From assembly GCA_965178125.1 (NCBI GenBank), contig OZ237745.1:496001-560000 (forward strand): a stretch of DNA of 64,000 bases, written 5' to 3'. Below the pieces are notes generated by a model that worked only from the letters and a program-made list of their open reading frames with translations, was not told where the DNA came from and did no database searches. Source of the DNA: Bilabrum cf. latius (Eukaryota). Shown piece after piece: positions 1 to 11,221 of the stretch. The position numbers and the translations under genes are program-made. Positions within the stretch are counted from its first letter, which is position 1, and the number at the start of each line of letters is the position of its first letter.

Positions 1-69
1 GGCGGAGGCCCCGAGTCGGCCACTGCCATGGACGAGGACGACGGGCCCCAGATCGACGAGGTCGACTAA
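1..69 (+). CDS. HSP70: Cytosolic Hsp70, C-terminal fragment (partial, runs off the window start)
   Basis: Frame 1 reads GGGPESATAMDEDDGPQIDEVD then TAA (67-69). This matches the GPxIEEVD tail of cytosolic Hsp70 and shows TAA acting as a stop. Confidence 0.8.
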   Translation, partial: GGGPESATAMDEDDGPQIDEVD

Positions 70-919
70 GCGGCAGGCACCCCGGTGCTGGCAGCCCTTG
101 CCTCGGATGCGCACGCGACAGTGTGAGCAGCAACGCTTTTGTTTCAGCTGAATGATTTTCAGAAAGCTCTTGATATATTGCAACTATCTCAAAATGTCGT
201 TTCATCTCTCAACTCTTCACAAGCTCGGGTTGAAATCGCATACACGAAAGCATGGCCGCACAGAGGCTAGCTCTCGCAGATCTGCCCGATCCGCACTGTA
301 CGTGCGAGAGACTAGAGTCAGGGAGAGAAATGAGAAACTTGTTTCGCTTCCAGCTGCCCTAAGTCCAATGTGCCCTCGATCTAGTGCGACCTCACAGGCA
401 CCCGCAGCCACGCGACGGTCGCACCACAGCCCTCCCGAGCCATTCATTGATTCTAGCTGTCCCCGGCCTGGCAATACCCCTTCCTCCTCCCTGTGCCTGG
501 CCGCCGCTCAGAGGCCATCCATGTTTATCCCACCCCCCTGTCATGCCCTCCTGTCAACCTACCTGGCATTCAGATGCAGCCACGGACAGGTCCAAACCCA
601 TGGCCGCCTGCAGCCCAGGAGCTCCTCTCCATTCGAAAAAAGGCTCCGATCAGTGACACGATTCAACTAAGGAAGCCGCCAAATGCGGTAGTGCTCTTTG
701 AACTTCGCCGTGCTATCCTGCGCAAGAACACTCGTTCACCCGGACAACTGTCGCCGTTGGCTGTCGCTCCCCACCCCTGGCCTAGTGATCGGTGCACCAA
801 GGGATTCGATACAAATCGTGCTGATTGTGCTCATCGTCTTGGCTAGAACATTGCACATTGCCAACGGCGTGGGCGCACGGGCGCACCTGGACAGCTCGAT
901 CAAATGGCAGCGCTAACGG

Positions 920-1444
920 TCAGTACTTGTGCGAAGTACTGTAGTCTTTGGGGCTGATTGCGAGGCCCCTCCCTTTCCTAGCCTGCTTGTAAACAGCTTC
1001 AATGATTGCGATCATCTCGTCCTCGTCGTCAAAAGCCCAGTCTATCTTGTTGTTGTTGCCAGTCCCAAGGTCCACCATGATGTGCTTGTTTCGATAGAAA
1101 AACATCACCGCACAGTCATCATCCCAGAGCTCGTACATCGAATTAAATTCTGGAACTTCCGTGGTATCTACCAGGTACACAACAGCAAACTTCTTGATCT
1201 TTTCGGCTATGCCAGCCAAGACCTCGTCAACAACCAGGCACGTGTCGTCCCAGTCATGGCCAAATCGAATGACAATAACCCGCTCTTCCTCATTCTGCAA
1301 AATTCAGTAACTAGCAAGGCGTAAAAGAGATGGTGGTGCTCGCTTTCGACCGATATTTCGCGCACCTCTCAATCATGTGTCTCTTACCAAGATAGCCTGG
1401 TCAACCGAATAACCGGTTCGTAAATGTGGAAGCAGATACGACAT
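920..1444 (-). CDS. TXNL4A: U5 snRNP protein Dim1/TXNL4A, 2 exons
   Basis: Exon 1 MSYLLPHLRTGYSVDQAIL (1444-1388), GT-AG intron 1387-1295, exon 2 NEEERVIVIRFGHDWD...FFYRNKHIMVDLGTGNNNKIDW...KGRGLAISPKDYSTSHKY, TGA. No in-frame TAG. Confidence 0.95.
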
Positions 1445-1792
1445 AGGAGACAACTCAAATTACTATTCTGATTCGCAGGCAATCTACTTTGTTCCGATGC
1501 AGGGAAGGAAATGAATAGACGGAATTTGGGAAAGTGCCAGCGGAACCGAGCACGGCGACTGCGCGGCGCCACAAGGACTTGCTTGCCAGATACAAAACGC
1601 GCGACACAGAACCCTAAATTGTGGTTTCACGGCAGTTGTCAATTGAATATTTATATCATTGTTAGATGTCATGATATTGCGCTGCATGGATCTGTAAATA
1701 GTACGCTACTCAACTTCTCCCTATCCCGTAGCACGCATTGAACTTGCATTCTTTTCTACGATTGCAGCAATTGAAGAGGCTAGCCTCGTAGC

Positions 1793-3763
1793 ATGCAGAC
1801 TCTTAAACGTACGAGAATTGTGCCACGAGTACTCCGTTGCCGCGGATGGCAAAGGCAACAGGTGCGTACAATGATCCGTCATGCGGAACGCGCACGACAA
1901 CCGCTGTCGTATGTGCACGGTGCCGACAGCGAAGCACTTTCGCACGAGACCCTGCCCCATGTGCTCTATGCTGCGGCCCATGACTTTGGCGACAGGCCCG
2001 CGGTTATCGGCAGAGGCACCAAACCAATAAACCTGACCTACCAAGACCTGCTAAGCAGATCGACGCACCTCGCGGCAGGACTGCACTCTCTCGGCGTCAA
2101 AGCGGGAGACCGGGTTGGAATCTACGCTCCAAATCGTGCTGAATGGGTCGAGACATTCTGGGCCGCTGCGCTGGGCGGGTACACGCTCGTGTCGATCAAC
2201 CCGGCATACAAGGCCGCCGAGCTTGAATACGCCCTGGGCAAGGTCGGAGTCAAGGCACTCGTCACTGCGCCGGCGCATCGATCTTCGAACTACATTGAAA
2301 ATCTACGCAAGGTCGTTCCCGAGCTCTTCGAGGCTCGGGACGGCACGACCGAATGGAGAAGTGCTCGCCTCCCCGACCTCGAGCAGGTGCTCTGCCTCCC
2401 TGGGTGCCAGGAGGATCCCACGTACATGGCCGATCTGAGCGGTTCGGGGGCTATGCAGTCTTATGAAGACGTGCTGGGCGCGGGTGGTAGCGACTCTGCC
2501 GCTGTGCAGGTGATCGACGAGCGAAGCCACGCGGTGCAGCTGGACGGTGCGGCTGGGATCCAGTTCACATCGGGTACTACCGGTCAGCCGAAAGGGGCCA
2601 CGCTGTCCCACCACGCTATGATCAACAACGCTAGATTCACGGGTAGAGCCCAAGGGCTAACCCATGATGACAAGCTCCTGTGCGGGGCGCCGCTGTACCA
2701 CTGCCTCGGGCAGGTGCTGACTCTACTGGCAGGTGCTTGCAGGGGATCCACTCTTTTGCTGCCGTCAGAGGGATTCGACCCCGGGAGCACGAATTCAATG
2801 ATGGCGGAGTACGGTGCAACCGCGATGATGGGTGTCCCGACGATGTTTATCGCGTGCATGGAGCACGATGGTTTCGCTGCCCTGCAGCCCAAGATCAAGG
2901 AGACGCTGCGGACTGGGATCATGGCAGGCAGCATCTGCCCCGTCGAGGTGCTCCGTCGCGTGTCGTCCCAAATGGGCGCTAATGAGGTCACCGTGTGCTA
3001 CGGCATGACAGAAACGGCGCCCGTCTCCTTCCAGACGGCAAGGGATGACCCAGAATGGGCGAGGACGCAGACGGTGGGCCGGGTGTCACCGCACGTCGAG
3101 GCCAAGATCGTGGACGTGGAGACCCGCGAAATCGTACCGAGGGGGTAGGTGGGTGAGCTCCTCACCCGCGGGTACATCGTGATGAAGGGATACTTCGGTG
3201 ACGAGGAGAGGACAAAGGAGGCAATTGAGGACCGGTGGATGAAGACTGGCGACCTGGCTTCCATGGACGAGCAGGGGTACGTCAGGATCGAGGGGAGGCT
3301 TAAGGACATGGTGGTGAGGGGAGGAGAGAACATATACCCGATCGAGATCGAGAACTCGCTCTACGAAATGCCCGGGGTGCTCGAAGTGCAGGTGGTGGGT
3401 GTGCCTGACGATAGGCTGGGCGAGGAGCTGTGCGCATGGGTGCAGCTCAAGCCCGGGTATGCATCCAAATGCGACGACGACGACCCGTACTCGCTGCGAT
3501 ATAACCGCGATTCCGATGACTAGGCCGGAGAAGTGACCGAAAGCGAACCGATGGTGTCGGCCGATGACGTGCGAGCGTGGTGCAAGGAGCGGCTGGCCCA
3601 CTATAAGGTGCCTAGATACGTCCGTTTCGTGAGACCGCACCTAGGTGAGGAGTTCCCAATGACGGTGACGGGCAAGCTGCAGAAGTTCCAGATGCGAGAT
3701 GCCTCCATCGATGAGCTGGGTCTGCAGGGCAAAGGGCACGGCGCCGATACCAGGGTGGCGTGA
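1793..3763 (+). CDS. Medium-chain acyl-CoA synthetase (ACSF2-like) with an Arg-rich, mitochondrial-type N-terminus and 2 in-frame TAG
   Basis: AMP-binding motifs IQFTSGTTGQPKG, YGMTE, MKTGDL, RGGENIYP, YKVP and TVTGKLQK. The three ORF pieces share one frame and are separated only by TAG at 3146 (PRG*VGELLTRGY) and 3521. Ends with TGA. Confidence 0.92.
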
Positions 3764-4193
3764 ACTAGCTCAATGGAATTGTCGTGTCGCCTGGATCTGG
3801 CTGCCCCGATGTACCGGCTGCTGCGCCAATCTGCAGCTTATCGAGTACCAGTGGAGCTCACTTAGATATCTTACTTGCTGTGTACACCGCCGGCGAGTCT
3901 AGCAGGTAGATCGGCACGTGTGACCCAACCCTTCGAAGCGTCCACCAGATCCCCGATGCGCATGCATGGCCTGCAGCGTGTTAGTTGTTAGTCACCAACT
4001 GCAACCATGGGCGACTGTCCACGGGATCCAGGGATTAGTACTTAAGGTTTTGTGTACAGTGTGTGATCTCACTATACAGCTGCAAACTTGCACCCAGTGC
4101 AGATTCGATCGGATCTGGTCTAGAGTGAAATAATTTCTTGAGTATATACAACACTATGCTGTGGTGGTTTTCAATTTCTGGAATCGATCAAGC

Positions 4194-7100
4194 TCAACTA
4201 AGCAAGCACACGCCACTTCCATTTGCAAGTAGGACTGGCGCCCATTCTATGCGTGACCGGAGCGACGCAGCAGACTCCACTCCATCTCTCTCTGCCACCC
4301 TCGCAGCGTCTAGCATGTCACCTGCGTCGAGTACATTTCGACGAAACAGCTAAACGGGGCAATTTTCGACTAGGACGTTCAGCGCTGAAGCTGCTGCACC
4401 CCTGCCGTCGTCAGAGCCGCTCCGAAGAAGGCCAACTAGCCCCGCCACACATCCTTCGTCCAACACTGCCTGCTGGCCCGCCTCACAGTCGTAAGCAAGA
4501 TTACTCAGCGCTTGGGCTGCATTTGGTGCCTCGCCCTCCCGTTCTGATGCAAGGAGACGTACCAGGCCAGGCACACCGCCTGCTGACAGCACGGCTCGCT
4601 TGCCCCGGATACTGAAGCATGCAATACTGCCTAACGCTGCAGCTGCATCGCTTGCATCGCCCTCCCGCTCCGATGCAAGCAGACGCACCAGGCCAGGCGC
4701 ACAACCGGCACCCACCACGGCTGGGTGTCCCCATTGCCAGTCGCGGGCAATTTTACCCAGTGTCCAAGCAGCATCACCCGGCTCGCCCTCCCGCTATGAC
4801 GACAGCAGATGTACCAGCTGAGGCACAGCTTCTGCCGCCACCGCAGCCTGCAGTCCTGCCTCCGAACTGGCAACATGTCCCAGTGCCACAGCTGCCTCCC
4901 GTGCCTCACCCTCCCGCTCTGATGACAGCAGTCGCACCAGCCTAGCCACACCGCCCACTTCCACTACGATCTGCTGGCCCGCTTCACAGCAAGCCATGTT
5001 GCCCAGCGTTCGGGCGGCCGATCGGGCATCGCCCTCCCGCTCCGATGCCAGCAGATGCACAAGCGCAGGCACACCTTCCGCACGAAGAATGGCCTGCTAG
5101 CCTACCTCACACTCAGCAATATTGGCAAGTGCCATCGCCGCATTTTGTGCAATACCGCCGTGCTCCAAAGACAGCATGCCCACCAACCTAGGCACTCCTT
5201 CCGCTGAAACTACGCCCTTCTGGCCTATCTCACAGCAGGCAACATTGCAAAGCGTCCGAGCTGCCTCTCGGGCATCGCCCTCCCGCTCTAATGACAGCCG
5301 TCGCACGAGCGCAGGCAGACCCCCGGCATCTACTACAGCCTGCTGGCCCGCCTCACAGTTATCGGCTAAATTGCCTAGCGCCCGGGCTGCCAATCGCGCA
5401 TCACCCTCCCGCTCTGATGCCAGCAGTTCCACCAACTTTCGAACACCGCCCTCTGATACCACGGCCTGCTGCCCCTGCCTCCATTTGTAGGCCACATTGC
5501 CAAGTGCCGCTGCTGCCTCCCTTGCCTCGCCCTCCCGCTCTGATGCCAGCAGTTCCACCAACTTTCGAACACCGCCCTCTGATACCACGGCCTGCTGCCC
5601 CTGCCTCCACTTGTAGGCGACATCGCTCAAAGCCACTGCTGCCTCCCCTGCCTCGCCCTCCCGCTCTGATGCCAGCAGTTCCACCAACTTTCGAACACCG
5701 CCCTCTGATACCACGGCCTGCTGCCCCTGCCTCCACTTGTAGGCGACATCGCTCAAAGCCGCTGCTGCCTCCCTTGCCTCGCCCTCCCGCTCTGATGCCA
5801 GCAGTTCCACCAACTTTCGAACACCACCAGCATACACCACGACCTATTGTCCAGCTTGCCACTTGTAGACGACATTGCGTAGAGCAATAGCTGCATACTT
5901 GGCTCTGCCTTCCCGCTCTGACGCCAACAGACGTACCAGCCCAGGCACAGCACCTTCGTCTACCACGGCCTTCTGCCCTGCTTGCCATTTATGAGCCACG
6001 TTGCCCAATGCTACAGCTGCATACTTGGCTCGGCCCTCCTGCTCCGATTCCAGCAGACGTACCAGCCCAGGCACACCGCGCGCTGCTACTACGGCTTGTT
6101 GACCCGCTTTCCAATCATTAGACACGTAGCCAAGGGCTGCAGCTGCCTCCCGTGCCTCACCCTGCCGCTCGGATTCCAGCAGACTTGCCAACCCAGCCGC
6201 ACCGCCCGCATACACAACAGCCTCTTGCCCCGCTTGCCATTTGTAGGCAATATTGCCTAGCGCCACTGCTGCCTCCCGTGCCTCGCCCTCCCGCTCCGAC
6301 TTCAGCATGCTAACTAGCCGCGCTGCACTACCAGCATTCAAGATGACCTGTTTAGTCTCTATACTTGTACCTACCATCATTTCTCCGATAGCAACCGTCG
6401 CCCAAACACTGCAGCGGCGAGACGGATTCGACAGGAGAGCAACCAAAGCCCCACCACAGCTCTAGGCCAAATGTTCCTGTTGTTCCTTGCCCTGAATGAG
6501 CTAAAACCCGTTTGCCAAAGCAACTGCTGCCCATGCCTGGCTGCATTCCTCGTGACACCGTAGCAAGGGGGCGAGCTAGTTCGCGCAGTGACCGTCTAGC
6601 AATTGCCGGGCTGCTGCACCTTTCAACGCGGCAACCATAGACATCCCGCATGCCGCGGCGGCTCTTGTTGACTGATCTTGCAGCATTCGATGTATCTCCT
6701 ACATTGCAGCTGGCTGGTCGCTCACCAAGGTCGCAAGACGTTGTGCAGTTGCATTATACCACGCCCTGGACGTGGAAGGAATGGCCCACAGATCGACGAC
6801 CCCTGATGAGTCAAGCACGCACCACGCCGCTATCGCTATGCCCTACACATCGAAATCTTCAATACTAGACATGATCTCGTAAATACGCGCCAAAGCTGTC
6901 GCGTTCTTATCTTCGGTTGCAATGGAAGGTCCCAGGGAACGTAGCTCCACTTTAGTCCTGGCTGACACAGGCATATCTACCGCACCAGCACCAGCACCAA
7001 AGCCAGCACCAGCACCAGCACCAAAGCCAGCACCAGCACCAAAGCCAGCACCAGCACCAGCACCAAAGCCAGCACCAGCACCAGCACCAAAGCCAGCACC

Positions 7101-9149
7101 AGCACCAAAGCCAGCACCAGCACCAAAGCCAGCACCAGCACCAGCACCAGCACCAAAGCCAGCACCGGCACCAGCACCAAAGCCAGCACCAGCACCAGCA
7201 CCAAAGCCAGCACCAGCACCAGCACCAAAGCCAGCACCAGCACCAAAGCCAGCACCAGCACCAAAGCCAGCACCAGCACCAGCACCAGCACCAAAGCCAG
7301 CACCGGCACCAGCACCAAAGCCAGCACCAGCACCAGCACCAAAGCCAGCACCAGCACCAGCACCAAAGCCAGCACCAGCACCAGCACCAGCACCAGCACC
7401 AAAGCCAGCACCAGCACCAAAGCCAGCACCAGCACCAGCACCAAAGCCAGCACCAGCACCAAAGCCAGCACCAGCACCAAAGCCAGCACCAGCACCAGCA
7501 CCAGCACCAGCACCAGCACCAGCACCAGCACCAGCACCAGCACCAGCACCAGCACCAAAGCCAGCACCAGCACCAGCACCAGCACCAAAGCCAGCACCAG
7601 CACCAGCACCAAAGCCAGCACCAGCACCAAAGCCAGCACCAGCACCAGCACCAGCACCAGCACCAGCACCAGCACCAGCACCAGCACCAGCACCAGCACC
7701 AGCACCAGCACCAGCACCGGCATCAAAGCCAGTATCTGCACCAGTAGCAGCTCCAGCGCCAACTCCAGATTTTCGGGCACGCCGCAGGGTCGCACAAGCA
7801 TCGACCAATGACATCCTCATGTCTGGGTCTCCCTGCAGCAGCCCCCGCAGCACTGTCTGGTACCACTTCGGCCTCTCTGACATGAGCTCGTGACCCGCCA
7901 GAGGACCGCTGTACGATGACATGGCGGCTTGCAAGCTTCCAGTCGTGTTGGTGCTGCCATCGGGCATTTCGCCTGGAAAGCTACGCCCGAATGGGTGCTG
8001 CCCGCCCGTGGCCAGCTCGTACAGCGTCACACCCAGCGCCCACGAGGCCTGCTTCCCAAACGGCACGCGAGCTTCCGGCTCGCCCTCACTGCCTTTGAAC
8101 CACCCATCCAACACCTCAGGGGCTAGATGGGCCTGATTGCCACCCGGCCCGTCCCCGCTTCGCTGCAGGTACCTGTAGGTCACTGCATCCAAAGCTCGCT
8201 GTGCCCTAGCCACAGCCCGCTGGACTGCGCTGTCAGTACCATCGTGCGGAGAAGCCGTATCATCTCCACTGGCAGGCTCAACAGCAGCAGCGGTTGACGG
8301 AGGAGCAGCAGACGGAAGAAGCCCCGACGACGCTGATGCTACAGATCCTGCTGATAACTCCGGGCTACTATCTACTCGAACTCGGAGTGAGCTGCCCAGA
8401 TCGATCAGCACTGCTCGCCCAATGCCTTCCGGACCCCCCTTCGAGTCCCACATCACGTTGTCGAGCTTCAGGTCACGGTGCACCACCCCGTGCTGCAGCA
8501 GGTGAAGCAAGCCCTCGGCGATGTCACTCGCAAACAATATGAGAATGTTATCAGACAAACTACCTTCCGAGTCGCCCTCTAGCAGTTGCAGGTGGTCACC
8601 CATGCTTCGTTTCAACAGCTCTGTAGCAACGACAGCCGCTTTCCGGGGCTACAGCGGCGCAGCCATCTCCCCTTCATCGTCGCTGTCTACTGCTAGGCAC
8701 ACAGTGGTAGGATCAGGCAGTAACTCCACCATCCAGACCGGTGGTCTGCACACGCACTCAAACACCAGCCGCACGATGTTTCGGTGCAGCGGCAGCCTAG
8801 TCAGGACATCGTACTCCTTCTCCGTATCAACCGTTTCTGCCTGAGAAGACCGCCTTCCGTAGTTGAACATAATCTTTACAGCCAGCTTGCCGCAACGAGA
8901 GGCGGATGACACTGCAGATGCTGCGATTGTTAGGATATCAACCTTGTACGCAGCGCCGTTGCTTCCGTGGCCCAACAGCACCCGTCCAGCGGTCGGTTTG
9001 ACGCAGCGCTGTAGCAGCTCGAGAGCAAACTACCTGCGCTACTTGCTGGTGCCTGATCGTGTCATGTCGAAGGTCTCAGCAACGGTTTCTGGCAGGTCTG
9101 GGAGTGGAAACTCGACAGTCTACGCTTCGCCGGTTCTGGAGCTTTCCAT
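4194..9149 (-). CDS. PINK1-like Ser/Thr kinase + (GA)nGF linker + armadillo-repeat array; 13 in-frame TAG; 5' end uncertain (possible upstream exon near 9420)
   Basis: One frame with no TAA/TGA from about 9160 to TGA at 4194. TAG at 9120, 9039, 9030, 8649, 6843, 6699, 6576, 6501, 6462, 5844, 5097, 4794 and 4350. Kinase motifs LGHGSNGAAY, LAVKIMFNYG, HRNIVRL, HRDLKLDN, DLG, GGNQAHLAPEV. ARM units of about 42 aa (GGVRKLVELLASEREGEAREAAAALGNVA). Confidence 0.85.
5410..5830. repeat. Near-identical 126-bp tandem repeats (ARM units)
   Basis: cgctctgatgccagcagttccaccaactttcgaacacc recurs at about 5410, 5536, 5662 and 5788, a period of 126 nt (42 aa). Confidence 0.9.
6982..7722. repeat. Coding minisatellite: GCACCA hexamers with periodic AAAGCCA inserts, encoding (GA)nGF on the minus strand
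   Basis: About 740 nt of nearly pure GCACCA/AAAGCCA units, in frame with the kinase ORF 6843-8615. Confidence 0.95.
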
Positions 9150-9474
9150 GGGAAAAATCTGGGATACGTTGTGAGGGCCAACTTAGTAAATACTATAAAA
9201 TCGTTTCGAAGTACGAGGGCGGGTTTTTCTTGAGGTGGATCGGCCACTAGTGGGGCTTCTGGGCCGACCAATCGCGTGCTGCTTTGGTCGCCCAAGCATC
9301 TGGTACACAAATCGAGATTTTGTCACACTTGCAGACCATTGGTGTGCACCAAACTAGCTTGATATAGTTAAACATCTTAAATTCACGTCGTGAATTATAG
9401 CTCACCTTAATATCTGCCATACTTATCCCTTGAATCTTCAAAATGCCATCTGTCTCGCCGGCAGGCTCTTGCAT

Positions 9475-10650
9475 TCATCCCTCCCTCTCCTCTTCGCTCT
9501 CCTCCACGCGCCGCAGACCTCCACCCGATCCACAAGCACTTCTAGTTCCTGCCAGACCACGGTCCATCCGGAACATTGATACCCGGCGCAGGCGACGAGA
9601 CCCTCCGGACCCCCTCGCGCCCCTTCGCTCCAGAGGCCTGCCGTCCATCTCGCCGCTGCAGCCTACTCCAGCACCAGAAGACAATGCAGCAGGCCCATCA
9701 GAGGCCCCAGTCAACTTGGACTCCTTGCTTCTTGCCTTACCACCCCGCTGACTGGACCCTTCCCCTGACCCCCCCGCCAGCCTCGCCCCACGAACCCTCA
9801 GCACGCACACCCCCGTCTTGGGGTCATACCGGGCCGTGACATCGTCCGACCTGAAGTCCTTCTTGCCCACGACGTGCACGTCCAGCTGCAGCCTCGGGAT
9901 GTTGACCCGCATGCTCTCGGGCAGGTACTCCTGGTGTTCCCTGAAGGAGGACAGGTCAGGTGTGGCCGCCACCACGAGCTCTGGCCTCCCACTCGAGGAC
10001 TGGCCTGAGGGAGGCAGGGTTCCGGACGATGAAGACGATGCATCAGATGATGACGAGTGCAAGAGGGAGGCGGATCCTCCTTTAGCTGCGGCATCCCCGC
10101 CGCTGCCCCCGATCTGGTGCACAGCCAGGGTGTCTAGCAGAGGCAGGAACACCTCGATGCGGACGCTCTGTCGCTCCGGGTCATCCTCCGCCTTGATGCG
10201 GGGCTTCTGCCAGGGAACAACGACTCGCTCTCGGAGCTGTTCCGCCAGTCGATGCGCCTCCTTCTGCTGTGCCTCCCTGGCAGCCTGCTCGCTTGCATCC
10301 TCCGCCTCCTTGCGCTTTCGCTCAAGCTCCATCTCCTCCAAGTGCAGCTGCCTAGCGAGGGCGGAAGAAGGGGTCAACGCTGCCGCAGATGCGGAGGCCG
10401 CGCCACCACCGCCAATGACTGCATCCTATTTCCCCGGAGTGCTCGTTGGCAAGTGCTCGCCTGCGGTCGCAGGTCGACGTGTCTTCTTCTTGCGCTTGGC
10501 AGGCGTGACTGCGGCAGCCGTCTGAGTGCACGAATCAGACTTGCTATATTCTGTCGGTGGTGCTACTCCATCGAAATCGTCGGTGTCAGCGGCACCGGAC
10601 CCTGCCATGGCCTTGCCAACAGCTTGCTTTGCGGGTGATGCCTTCACCAT
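9475..10650 (-). CDS. Hypothetical protein (coiled coil plus a possible small beta-sandwich domain); 1 in-frame TAG; 5' end uncertain
   Basis: ORFs 10426-10650 and 9475-10377 share a frame and are joined through TAG at 10426. Ends with TGA. A likely acceptor near 10690 suggests upstream exons. Confidence 0.6.
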
Positions 10651-11221
10651 GTACGGTGCAGCACGAGCACCAATTTTTACCGCATCACCCTGCTAGTACA
10701 TGAAGGCATAAATAAGTTTCTACTCGTGTTGGTTTGGCTTGGAAGGAACATCGGTTCATTGAAAACTGGTGAACTGTTCATGAGTGAGCAATCGCGCCAA
10801 AAATTCGCAGCCTCACCTCCGCGGCTGCAATGTCCCTGTTTGCAGATAGGAGCATACCAAAAACTCGTCCCATGGCTGGTCCTTCTCCCTAGCTGTGCCT
10901 GGATGCCATTATGTCAAGTTTTGCGGTTCACAAGCTGTGTTAGCAGGCGACCTGCACGCCGCCAACGGACCGAGATCAAGTGGCTCCGAGTCCACATTGG
11001 ACACGCCGAAACCCTTCAAGTTGTTGATCGCAAGGCGTGGTCGCAAGGTTTGTGGCAGATGAGATGCATTCGCCACGCGGTATTTGTCTTATCCATTGGG
11101 TGTAGCTTCAGTTCACACCAAATTCAGTTCATCGCAAGATTCATGCATGGCCTGCAGGTGGGCCGAATCGCGATCAGCATCACCACCCCCCCAAAAACAC
11201 CCGTATACTGCTCAGAGACCC

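Noticed and set aside
152-916. Overlapping short ORFs between Hsp70 and Dim1
   Set aside because: No recognisable domain or consistent exon model, even with TAG read as Gln.
3140-3160. TAGs as ends of tiny introns
   Set aside because: Motifs run continuously across the TAG with no extra sequence, and most sites lack a nearby GT donor. Real introns here are about 85-250 nt with GTRAG-like donors.
6922-7893. Plus-strand (PA)nPK ORF and minus-strand poly-LV ORF
   Set aside because: Alternative frames of the hexamer repeat. Only the GA frame is continuous with the kinase and ARM domains.
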